Source: Phyllobates terribilis
Taxonomy: Eukaryota
DNA length: 64,000 bases
NCBI RefSeq assembly: GCF_046119375.1
Contig: NW_027362762.1
Span: forward strand, 109,802,001-109,866,000
Reading direction: 5' to 3'
Shown here: one piece after another, positions 13,130 through 23,809 of the stretch
How the letters are laid out: every line of letters begins with the position of its first letter
How positions within the stretch are numbered: the stretch's first letter is position 1
The notes under the pieces: generated by a model
Databases searched by the model: none
Seen by the model: only the letters and a program-made list of their open reading frames with translations
Told to the model about the DNA's origin: nothing
Program-made: the position numbers and the translations under genes

Positions 13130-15715
13130 TCCCATGCTGGTATGTGCTGCCCCCCATCCTGGTATTTGTGCTCCCCAATCCTGTTCCCCCCCATCCTGTT
13201 ATGTGCTGCCCTCATCCCTATCCTGGTATGCATGGCACGCCTCACCCTCAATCCTGGCACGCATGGCACCCTTAATCCTGGTACGCATGGCACTCCTCAC
13301 CCCCAATCTTGGTACGCATGGCACCCCTCACCCTCAATCCTGGTATGCATGGTACCCCTCATCCCTATCCTGATATACATGGTACCCCTCATCCCTATCC
13401 TGGTATGCATGGGCCCTCATCCGAATCCTGGTATGCCTTGCCCCCCCCCCAGATCCCTATCCTGGTATGCATGGTACCCCTCATCCCCCAATCCTGGTAT
13501 GCGTGGTACCCTTCACCCCTGGTATGTATGGTACCCCCAATCCTGGTATGCATGGCACCCCACTATCCCCAATCCTGGTATGCATGGCACCCCACTATCC
13601 CCAATCCTGGTATGCATGGCACCCCACTATCCCCAATCCTGGTATGCATGGCACCCCACTATCCCCAATCCTGGTATGCATGGCACCCCACTATCCCCAA
13701 TCCTGGTATGCATGGCACCCCACTATCCCCAATCCTGGTATGCATGGCACCCCACTATCCCCAATCCTGGTATGCATGGCACCCCACTATCCCCAATCCT
13801 GGTATGCATGGCACCCCACTATCCCCAATCCTGGTATGCTTGGCACCCCACTATCCCCAATCCTGGTATGCATGGTACCCCTCATCTCCCAATCCTGGTA
13901 TGCATGGCCCCCTCATCTCCCCCAATCGTGGTATGCATGGCCCCCTCATCTCCCCCAATCGTGGTATGCATGGCCCCCTCATCTCCCCCAATCGTGGTAT
14001 GCATGGCCCCCTCATCTCCCCCAATCGTGGTATGCATGGCCCCCTCATCTCCCCCAATCGTGGTATGCATGGCCCCCTCATCTCCCCCAATCGTGGTATG
14101 CATGGCCCCCTCATCTCCCCCAATCGTGGTATGCATGGCCCCCTCATCTCCCCCAATCGTGGTATGCATGGCCCCCTCATCTCCCCCAATCGTGGTATGC
14201 ATGGCCCCCTCATCTCCCCCAATTGTGGTATGCATGGCCCCCTCATCTCCCCCAATTGTGGTATGCATGGCCCCCTCATCTCCCCCAATCGTGGTATGCA
14301 TGGCCCCCTCATCTCCCCCAATCGTGGTATGCATGGCCCCCTCATCTCCCCCAATCGTGGTATGCATGGCCCCCTCATCTCCCCCAATCGTGGTATGCAT
14401 GGCCCCCTCATCTCCCCCAATCGTGGTATGCATGGCCCCCTCATCTCCCCCAGTCGTGGTATGCATGGCCCCCTCATCTCCCCCAGTCGTGGTATGCATG
14501 GCCCCCTCATCTCCCCCAGTCGTGGTATCCATGGCCCCCTCATCTCCCCCAATCGTGGTATGCATGGCCCCCTCATCTCCCCCAATCGTGGTATGCATGG
14601 CCCCCTCATCTCCCCCAATCGTGGTATGCATGGCCCCCTCATCTCCCCCAATCGTGGTATGCATGGCCCCCTCATCTCCCCCAGTCGTGGTATGCATGGC
14701 CCCCTCATCTCCCCCAGTAGTGGTATGCATGGCCCCCTCATCTCCCCCAGTCGTGGTATGCATGGCCCCCTCATCTCCCCCAGTCGTGGTATGCATGGCC
14801 CCCTCATCTCCCCCAGTCGTGGTATGCATGGCCCCCTCATCTCCCCCAGTCGTGGTATGCATGGCCCCCTCATCTCCCCCAGTCGTGGTATGCATGGCCC
14901 CCTCATCTCCCCCAGTCGTGGTATGCATGGCCCCCTCATCTCCCCCAGTCGTGGTATGCATGGCCCCCTCATCTCCCCCAGTCGTGGTATGCATGGCCCC
15001 CTCATCTCCCCCAGTCGTGGTATGCATGGCCCCCTCATCTCCCCCAGTCGTGGTATGCATGGCCCCCTCATCTCCCCCAGTCGTGGTATGCATGGCCCCC
15101 CTCATCTCCCCCAGTCGTGTTATCCATGGCCCCCCTCATCTCCCCCAGTCGTGTTATCCATGGCCCCCCTCATCTCCCCCAGTCGTGTTATCCATGGCCC
15201 CCCTCATCTCCCCCAGTCGTGGTATGCATGGCCCCCCTCATCTCCCCCAGTCGTGGTATGCATGGCCCCCCTCATCTCCCCCAGTCGTGGTATGCATGGC
15301 CCCCCTCATCTCCCCCAGTCGTGTTATCCATGGCCCCCCTCATCTCCCCCAGTCGTGTTATCCATGGCCCCCCTCATCTCCCCCAGTCGTGTTATCCATG
15401 GCCCCCCTCATCTCCCCCAGTCGTGGTATGCATGGCCCCCCTCATCTCCCCCAGTCGTGGTATGCATGGCCCCCCTCATCTCCCCCAGTCGTGGTATGCA
15501 TGGCCCCCCTCATCTCCCCCAGTCGTGGTATGCATGGCCCCCCTCATCTCCCCCAGTCGTGGTATGCATGGCCCCCCTCATCTCCCCCAGTCGTGGTATG
15601 CATGGCCCCCCTCATCTCCCCCAGTCGTGGTATGCATGGCCCCCCTCATCTCCCCCAGTCGTGGTATGCATGGCCCCCTCATCTCCCCCAGTCGTGGTAT
15701 GCATGGCACCCCTCA
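13130..15715. repeat. C-rich minisatellite, 32/33/34-bp units
   Basis: Units cccaatcctggtatgcatggcaccccactatc (32), ccccctcatctcccccaatcgtggtatgcatgg (33), then a 34-bp variant; probably internal to a non-autonomous DNA element ending near 16130. Confidence 0.95.
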
Positions 15716-16189
15716 TCCCTTTCACGCTGCACACATACAAAAAAAATAAACACTTATACTCCCCTTTCTTCCCTGTGCTCCAGCGCTGCTGTGTCCTGTT
15801 CTGCCGGGCGAGGAGTGCGGCGCTAGAGCACCACGCTGTCTGGCGCCATTTTGCTGAAGACACACTGTAAATTTGTCTTCAGTAAAATGGCGCCGGATAG
15901 CGCTATGCGCATGTGCCGATTCCGACGCCTTCACGCCGTCCCGGTCTCCGGCCAGAAGAGAGGCACCGCGGCAACGCTCCTCCCAGTCAGGTAAGTATGG
16001 TGTCAGAGATCGCGGTATACGTTCAGTGTCTACGCATACTGCGATCTCCGGCGCCATACACTCTTACCTGTAACTGCTCCAAGCGTCGTTCTGTCTGGAG
16101 CCAGACTGCACGTCGCGCATGCGCAGTCTATTGAGGTTTCAGACAAAGAAATACAATATATACATGCACTATATACACATGCACTACAT

Positions 16190-16460
16190 AGAGCTCTGGT
16201 AAAAATTAAAAGACCGCTGCAAAATTTTCAGTTTCTCTGATTTTTCTCTTTATAGGTATATTTTTGAGTAAAATATACATTGTTGTTTTAGTCTATAAAC
16301 TACTGACAGCAGGTCTCCGAAATCCAAACTTAAAAATTTTTGTGTTTATTTGCAGCAAATGATAAAGCGTCAAAATACTAAAAAAGAAACAGTGCTTTCA
16401 GATCTCAAATTACTCCATGTTTTAACTCGGGAACAGTTCAGAAATCAATATTTGGTGGAC
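16190..16460 (+). mobile_element. Tc1-like terminal fragment
   Basis: agagctctggtaaaaattaaaagaccgctgcaaaattttcag resembles a Tc1-type TIR start; no matching right end seen. Confidence 0.5.
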
Positions 16461-17345
16461 TAAGGCAATGTGCCCACGATGCCGAAATGCTCCGGATTTT
16501 TTCCTGAGCGTTACTGCATCTCCCTGGCAGAAAAAAAGCATGCGGATTATACATGCGGATTATACATGCGGATTGTACATGCGGATTATACATGCGGATT
16601 GTACATGTGTTTTTCCTGCCAGGGACATGCGGATGTGAAGCGTTCTTCACATGCATTTCCGCATGCGGGTTGTCAAGCGCTTTCCAAGCAATTTTAGCGC
16701 GCGCATGCTTGCACTGTATACACACACGCATGCGTGTACTATATATTTTCGCCCAAAATATTGCAGGGATGGTCAATAACAAAACCAGATCAGTGATTGG
16801 CTGCAAAAGGCAAGGGACTGGAGCAGCAGCGGAAAGCCAAGGAATACAAGTACTATCTGGCTTTATTTTACATTTCTTTAAGCTCCTCCGGTCCACTTTG
16901 CTGAAAGTGAAAGATCCCTTTAAATAGAATGTAACCAAGCTGTGGACAGTTGCGCAAAAAATGTCCCAAACATATGGCACTGGCACTTCTAGCTACTCTG
17001 CCACCCCAAAAATGCACCAATCTTGTCCATGAGCTCATATTGCAGCTCAGATTCATTTACATGACTAGATTTTTCTTGCTGAAAACACTTTCAGCCAATC
17101 TGTCACTTTATCATTGTCATCATCCAGTTCCCATTTTAGATGTGGAGATTTGCTCACGACGACTGTAAGCTTTGAGGGCACATAAAGCATGCGATCAGAC
17201 GAAATGCTCACTTGGCAGCTGATTGTGGCCATGTTTAATGATCAAGAGTTTCATTTAACAGCTTAATTGGTGGAACGAGGGTTCATAAAGGGCCTTAATG
17301 GGAATGTGCCATAACAAATGATCTATTGGTAAAAATTAAGTTTAA

Positions 17346-17576
17346 AGGGGTATTCCCATCTCAAAGATCCTATTCCAATTTGTAGTAGGTGTAATAATGG
17401 GAATAGCAATTGCCTCCAATTAAAAATGTATAGTTTTTCTGATTCGCTATGTCTCTTGTCTCATGTGCAGGCATTTCAGGACCTTGGGTATCCATGGTTA
17501 CAACCAATAGCAACTAGCTAACTGTCACTATATCGGTGGTCATAACCATGGGTTACCTAAGGTCCTGCAATGCCTG
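17346..17576. mobile_element. T2-type palindromic MITE, left part (continues at 22465-22564 and 34027-34070)
   Basis: TTAA|AGGGGTATTCCCATCTC.. aligns to the intact copy at 55346-55707; interrupted by the LTR element and the hAT. Confidence 0.9.
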
Positions 17577-18741
17577 TGTAGCACCCTGAGGACTCGGCTG
17601 CTACAGGGGTATTGCACCTCAACCCAGAGGTGTGATATTCCACTCCCGGGTAAGGATGGAGTGTGGAACTGAGCTAGTAGGCTGCATGCACTACACACAT
17701 CCCATTTCCGAGGAACAGACCGATGGTACTCCCACTAGAGAAATGTGCAGGTACGACAGTGTCTGTTCCTGGCTGGAGTGGGAGGGGGGTGGAACATCCC
17801 AGTAGTGTAGGGGCAGATAGGGGGAGCAGCCTGGGTAAAGCTAGGAGCTCATTGGGTGCTGGTCACCTGAGCTCACACATAGAGGGAGTATATAAGGTGG
17901 GCACCATCTTAGATCAGGGTCAGTCAGTTGTCGGTCAGTCTGTCTGAGAGCCTGAGAAGCAGAGCAGAGGAGAAGGAAGAGGGACCCAGAGGCGCAGGAA
18001 GAGGGGACCCCAAGAGCCCATAAGAGAGCTAATAGGGTGAAGGGTCGGCAACAGGGTACCGGATCCCAAGCTGGTGGAGGCTACAGCACTAATCCTCAGC
18101 CAGAGACCGGAGGTCGTGGGCAGGATCTGCCACGACCACCCACTAAATCCACCCGGAAGGCAGACCAAGAATAGGGTCAGGGAGCCCAGAGGAGGCTTGA
18201 CCAACAAGAGGCCCGAGGGAGCCGGACTTAGGTGGATCCCTGGTGGGAACGGCCAGAAGAAGGGAGAGTCAGAAAGGAGCTCAGGACCACACTCCGGAGT
18301 TGCCTGGGAGTTGACCGAGTCCAGGACCTGGTGGACGCAGCACGGCTCGGGTGGTCACTGCTGTACACAGTGACCCGAACAACACCAGTAAGTAAAACCC
18401 TGGAACTGCATTTTATGCCTCTGAGTCTCCTTGCTGCACCTTCACAACCACCATCCTCCACGGCTGACCCCCTGAGGCTATACCCCTCCCGTTGGGGGTT
18501 ATACTACCAAAGCTGCACACATACCAACAGCCTCAGCGGACCCTGCTGCAGCGGCGGCCTTTTGACCGCAAATCAACGGGTGGCGTAGTCGACACAAAGA
18601 ACTCTAATAACATCTGTAGGACTGCCACACACTGAGTTTGACACCCTGGGCACGGACCGGGTCACAGCCACTCGGAGACTACAACCCCCATCTGATCCGG
18701 CTCCGGGTATCCCTAACAGCACTGGCCCAGGGGGTGCGTCA
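17577..18741 (+). repeat. 5' LTR (1165 bp)
   Basis: TGTAGCACCC...GGGTGCGTCA; TATA-like TATATAAG near 17888; AGTAAA polyA-like hexamer near 18392. Confidence 0.95.
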
Positions 18742-18745
18742 ACTT

Positions 18746-18763
18746 TGGCGTAGTCGGCAGGAT
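18746..18763 (+). promoter_or_regulatory. Primer binding site for tRNA-Ser (AGA/TGA)
   Basis: TGGCGTAGTCGGCAGGAT is the reverse complement of the vertebrate tRNA-Ser 3' end ..ATCCTGCCGACTACG-CCA; starts 4 nt after the LTR end. Confidence 0.92.
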
Positions 18764-18922
18764 AACGTGCCCGCAACAACCGGGTACTGCGTGCCTGAAG
18801 AAAAGTTCACCGTTACCTCAAAAAGAAGTCTCCCGCCGGTTCCAGAGGGTCCCCGCCAACGGACCCCATCACAGGTCGTTTCCCGCCGGTTGTCCGCCAT
18901 TTGCAGCTTTTTCCCGCCATCC

Positions 18923-20824
18923 ATGGAGTTTCCCGCCACTGGGAGACGATTCCCGCCATTTCCAAAGATTTCCCGCCTTGGAAGAGCGGACGCCATTATG
19001 GGTGTGCCAGAGGGTGGCAAGAGGCCACCTCCCATCGTGGGCCAGGTCGAAGAATGGCGCCAAAAACGGAAACCGCGCCCACCAACAGAGACTGTGATGC
19101 TGGAAGTGTCCATCAGCGTGAGAGAACTGCCTCTGGAACTGAAGTTGCCCCGGGACCACCCTCAATGTGGGCGGAGACAGAACGAGAGAACGAAGATGGG
19201 TGCAGCCTGGAGAAGTCTGGAGAGAGCGCACCCGGAGACAAGACGTCTGGAGGAGAGTCCAGAGAGAGCCTACCCGGAGATGGAGGGAGAGTCAGGCAGC
19301 ACCGACCCAGTGGTCAGGAGCCTGTTGCAGGTCGCCACTCCAGAAGGCCTGCTGGAGATCCAAGCACAGCTCCCCCGAGACCGGGAGTGTGCACAGACCG
19401 CGTTGGAGGGCCTCGCACGGAGGATGGCCCGGGTGCAGCGAGAGACGTTGGCGGAGTGGAGCCGAGAGATGGCCCAGCAGACCGGCACCCGTCAGCGGAG
19501 CACGCCACCTGAGACGAGGAGACAGACCGCCTCTGAGGATGGCGCAGGAGGAATGAAGGCAGGAGACGGCGCCGAGAAGGGAGCTGAACGGACGGAGGCA
19601 GGTAAAGGGGACGTCTCTACCCCGAGCCGGGAAACCGCGTGCCTGCCCCAGCTCCCCGTCGCAGAGCCCGAAATTCCCCCTGCCGTGCCCGTCGCTGCAT
19701 CGTCACCGCCGCCGACTAGGCCTCAACCGGAAACCGCGGCCGCGACCCCTGTGACGTCACACGCCTCGACCTCGAGCGTGGCCAAGCAGGAAATACCACC
19801 GGCCTGGTCGCAAGGCCTAGTACCCCCGGGCGCCGCTATTCCAACAGCGCCCCCACCGGCCTGGCCGCAGGGCCGAGTAACCACGGGCGCCGCCGTTCTT
19901 ACGGTGCCCTTTTCCTTTAGCGTGCCCCAAGCCTGGTCGCAAGGCCTAGTACCCCCGGGCGCCGCTATTCCAACAGCGCCCCCACCAGCCTGGCCGCAGG
20001 GCCGAGTAACCACGGGCGCCGCCGTTCTTACGGTGCCCTTTTCCTTTAGCGTGCCCCAAGCCTGGTCGCAAGGCCTGGTCAACCCGGGCGCCGCTACCAC
20101 CACAGCGCCCATAGCACCTAAAGTACCGCACCTGGGTGAGGACCTGTTGGCCCAGCATACGTGCCCGGATGGGCAGCCCTTCATATGGCCACCGGAGTTT
20201 CACCATCCCCGACTCCGGAAAGAAAGACCCCTAGATGAACCCCTGATTCCGGTTCCGAAGCCCGTCAGGAGGACCCAGCCCCCGCTAGAGGAGGCACAGT
20301 TTGAGTGGGACCCCACCGGAGGAGACCTCATGGGGTTCACTCAGGAGACTCGGGCAGCCGCAGCGGAGCGTGCAGAGTGCTGCCGCCAGCAGCTCGAGGT
20401 CTTCGAGAAGGAGCGGAGAGAGAGGCGGGTCCGGGAACAGCAAGCGCAGATAAGGAGCGCGGAGCAGAAGAGCCGGACCAGGAGGAATCCCCGTGCAGCT
20501 CATGGTCCCCCTTCCACCGGGACTGTGATAAAATTCAACATGCAGCATGGGTGGGGCTTCATTAGAGACCATCAGACCCCCGGCGACGTCTTTGTAACCC
20601 GCAGAGACGTAGAAAGCCATCTGCCGGAGGGACACAGAGGTCGTGACCTGTACGTAGGGGACGAGGTCACCTTCACCCGGCACAAGTGTGCCAAAGGACC
20701 CTACGCCCTCCATGTGCATCGCCTGACGGAGGAGGAGCTGCGGTGTGAGGAGGAGCAAGAGGACCCGGACGGGTCTGAAACTGAAACCAACCAACAAGAA
20801 AGAGCAGGAGGACGCCGTCGTTGA
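18923..20824 (+). CDS. 633-aa LTR-element protein: helical N-term, Pro/Ala/Thr repeats with 2x PTAP, coiled coil, C-terminal cold-shock domain (20516-20725)
   Basis: Uninterrupted frame 18638..20824; first ATG after the PBS at 18923 (true start may be a later ATG); TGTVIKFNMQHGWGFI..DVFVT..VGDEVTF..GPYALHV fits the CSD pattern. Confidence 0.85.
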   Translation: MEFPATGRRFPPFPKISRLGRADAIMGVPEGGKRPPPIVGQVEEWRQKRKPRPPTETVMLEVSISVRELPLELKLPRDHPQCGRRQNERTKMGAAWRSLERAHPETRRLEESPERAYPEMEGESGSTDPVVRSLLQVATPEGLLEIQAQLPRDRECAQTALEGLARRMARVQRETLAEWSREMAQQTGTRQRSTPPETRRQTASEDGAGGMKAGDGAEKGAERTEAGKGDVSTPSRETACLPQLPVAEPEIPPAVPVAASSPPPTRPQPETAAATPVTSHASTSSVAKQEIPPAWSQGLVPPGAAIPTAPPPAWPQGRVTTGAAVLTVPFSFSVPQAWSQGLVPPGAAIPTAPPPAWPQGRVTTGAAVLTVPFSFSVPQAWSQGLVNPGAATTTAPIAPKVPHLGEDLLAQHTCPDGQPFIWPPEFHHPRLRKERPLDEPLIPVPKPVRRTQPPLEEAQFEWDPTGGDLMGFTQETRAAAAERAECCRQQLEVFEKERRERRVREQQAQIRSAEQKSRTRRNPRAAHGPPSTGTVIKFNMQHGWGFIRDHQTPGDVFVTRRDVESHLPEGHRGRDLYVGDEVTFTRHKCAKGPYALHVHRLTEEELRCEEEQEDPDGSETETNQQERAGGRRR

Positions 20825-21269
20825 AGTACGGTAGAGAGAGACTGTACATAGTTACCCGTCAGGGTATAAGAACTGTTCTAGTTAAAATATAGTCCCCGTT
20901 GGGACCAGCCAATTGAACTGAAACCCGTGTGTCCCTATTCCCACTGACCGAGGACTGAGAGCGGTCATTCCTCCCTAATACCTGGCCGAGGACTGAGAGC
21001 GGCCATATTTCCCTTGTATATAGTTGCGCTTCCTAAAGCGCCCCCTACCAGTTTTATAGGGAACTGTTTTATTCCAAGAGAGACTGTCGCACTTTACCCG
21101 GTCACAAGTTGCACCGTGACCGGAGGAACCAGAAACAAGAATGTTATTTATATGAAAAGTTTATTGCTGATATATATATATGATGTTTTCTATGTTTATG
21201 AAAAAAAAAAAAAAATTGTATGTTTTGGATGTTTATATTTTACAGCCCGAGGACGTGCTGTGGTTTACC

Positions 21270-21278
21270 AGGGGGGAA
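21270..21278 (+). promoter_or_regulatory. Polypurine tract
   Basis: AGGGGGGAA immediately before the TG of the 3' LTR, preceded by a Gypsy-like cgaggacg.. motif. Confidence 0.85.
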
Positions 21279-22464
21279 TGTAGCACCCTGAGGATTCGGC
21301 TGCTACAGGGGTATTGCACCTCAACCCAGAGGTGTGATATTCCACTCCCGGGTAAGGATGGAGTGTGGAACTGAGCTAGTAGGCTGCATGCACTACACAC
21401 ATCCCATTTCCGAGGAACAGACCGATGGTACTCCCACTAGAGAAATGTGCAGGTACGACAGTGTCTGTTCCTGGCTGGAGTGGGAGGGGGGTGGAACATC
21501 CCAGTAGTGTAGGGGCAGATAGGGGGAGCAGCCTGGGTAAAGCTAGGAGCTCATTGGGTGCTGGTCACCTGAGCTCACACATAGAGGGAGTATATAAGGT
21601 GGGCACCATCTTAGATCAGGGTCAGTCAGTTGTCGGTCAGTCAGTCTGTGAGACGTCAGTCTGTCTGAGAGCCTGAGAAGCAGAGCAGAGGAGAAGGAAG
21701 AGGGACCCAGAGGCGCAGGAAGAGGGGACCCCAAGAGCCCATAAGAGAGCTAATAGGGTGAAGGGTCGGCAACAGGGTACCGGATCCCAAGCTGGTGGAG
21801 GCTACAGCACTAATCCTCAGCCAGAGACCGGAGGTCGTGGGCAGGATCTGCCACGACCACCCACTAAATCCACCCGGAAGGCAAACCAAGAATAGGGTCA
21901 GGGAACCCAGAGACAAGGGTTTACCAACAAGAGGCCCGAGGGAGCCGGACTTAGGTGGATCCCTGGTGGGAACGGCCAGAAGAAGGGAGAGTCAGAAAGG
22001 AGCTCAGGACCACACTCCGGAGTTGCCTGGGAGTTGACCGAGTCCAGGACCTGGTGGACGCAGCACGGCTCGGGTGGTCACTGCTGTACACAGTGACCCG
22101 AACAACACCAGTAAGTAAAACCCTGGAACTGCATTTTATGCCTCTGAGTCTCCTTGCTGCACCTTCACAACCACCATCCTCCACGGCTGACCCCCTGAGG
22201 CTATACCCCTCCCGTTGGGGGTTATACTACCAAAGCTGCACACATACCAACAGCCTCAGCGGACCCTGCTGCAGCGGCGGCCTTTTGACCGCAAATCAAC
22301 GGGTGGCGTAGTCGACACAAAGAACTCTAATAACATCTGTAGGACTGCCACACACTGAGTTTGAAACCCTGGGCACGGACCGGGTCACAGCCACTCGGAG
22401 ACTACAACCCCCATCTGATCCGGCTCCGGGTATCCCTAACAGCACTGGCCCAGGGGGTGCGTCA
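21279..22464 (+). repeat. 3' LTR (1186 bp)
   Basis: Copy of 17577-18741 with a 19-nt insertion near 21640-21660, a +2-nt divergent patch near 21905-21925 and a few SNPs. Confidence 0.95.
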
Positions 22465-23479
22465 CCTGTACATGAGGAAAGAGACATAGCGATTCAGAAG
22501 AACTACACTACATTTCTAATTGGAGGTATTTGCTATTATTATTCATTATCATTACACCTACTACTAGTGTTGAGCGATACCTTCCGATATCGGGAAATAT
22601 CGGATCGGATTGGATCGGACCGATACCGAAAAAGTATCGGATATCGCCGATTCCGATACCGGAAACCAATGCAAGTCAATGGGACATAAATATCGGAATT
22701 AAAATAAACCCTTTCTTTCCTTGTAGGTTATTTCTACATGAAGGAAAACAACTAAGAATAATGTAGAATGTATTGGGGGAGGTGGGGGAGACAATAAAGG
22801 CATAGAGGTTTAGCCCAGTCAAATGGAATAGCAGGAATTAATATTTTTTTATTATGTTCTGAGTTACGGAAATATTAACTATGTTAAGTATTTTTATATT
22901 TTGTCAGATATTTATGTTTCACTACTTCCATGCTCTTCACCTTCTTTTTTACTTCTCCCACACTTTCTCCTTCATCATCCTCAGCATCTTTTTCATCCAC
23001 TTCTTCTTCACCTTCTTCTTCTTCACCTTCTTCGTATTATTCTTTTTTTTACATTCTTCATATTCTACTTCTTCATCTTCTTCATATTCTTCTTCTTCAT
23101 CATATTCTTATTTGTGACAGGCATTCCTGTAGTTGTTATCTATAAAAGGTTGGACATTACACCTTTCGTTCTGCCCGTCACAAAAGATTTACAACAGGAT
23201 TTGTCCGCGTTCAGTTTGGCCTGCAGCAGCAGGTCTTTTCCAGGGGCACCACGAGGAGGAACGGACTCACCCCCATACACTGCTTAGTCATCTTCTGCTT
23301 ATAATTTAGATATTATCTTTTGCTCTGATTTTTAGTCTTATGCTTAATGTTCTTCCGCTTTTTGTTCTGCAGCTTCTTGTATTTCTGCTTCTTGGTTTTC
23401 TGTCTCTTGTTTTTCTGTATCTTGGTGCTTGTCTTCTCTTCTTTGTCTTCTTGGTCAACTTCTTCAGGGTCATCTTCTT

Positions 23480-23755
23480 GGTCTTCTTCGGGGTGGTCTT
23501 CAGGGTCGTCGTCTTCGGGGGTCGTCGTCTTCGGGGTCCTCGTCTTCTTCGGGTTGGTCTTCTGGGTCCTCGTCTTCGGGGTCCTCGTCTTCTTCGGGGT
23601 GGTCTTCAGGGTCCTCGTCTTCTTCGGGGTGGTCTTCAGGGTCCTCGTCTTCTTCGGGGTGGTCTTCAGGGTCCTCGTCTTCAGGGTCATTGTCTTCGGG
23701 GTCCTCGTCTTCTTAGGGTTGGTCTTCAGGGTCCTCGTCTTCAGGGTCCTCGTCA
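23480..23755. repeat. 15/30-bp tandem repeat (gggtcctcgtcttcttcggggtggtcttca) within the hAT
   Basis: Directly visible tandem units; reads poly-(EDHPEEDEDP) in one - strand frame. Confidence 0.85.
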
Positions 23756-23809
23756 GGGAGATCCAGAGTGATTACCAAGAACCATTTCAAAAAGCTTGAA
23801 CTTGGAAAT

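Larger units (their letters stand above)
17577..22464 (+). mobile_element. Non-autonomous LTR retroelement (Ty3/Gypsy-like termini) encoding a single cold-shock-domain ORF
   Basis: LTRs 17577-18741 and 21279-22464 (TG..CA, near identical); 4-bp TSD CCTG (17573-17576, 22465-22468); PBS and PPT present; no protease/RT/RNaseH/integrase motifs in the 2.5-kb interior. Confidence 0.95.

Noticed and set aside
13064-15870. 400-920 aa Pro-rich ORFs on both strands
   Set aside because: Minisatellite artefacts; frames switch as unit length changes.
15780-16130. CpG-rich segment with YY1- and NRF1-like motifs as a possible host gene promoter
   Set aside because: Continuous with the minisatellite-bearing element and resembles TE-internal motifs seen elsewhere in the window; no downstream first exon identified.
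18638-18922. N-terminal extension of the LTR ORF given in the track (728 aa)
   Set aside because: Begins inside the 5' LTR at a non-ATG codon and runs across the PBS; the first ATG is at 18923.
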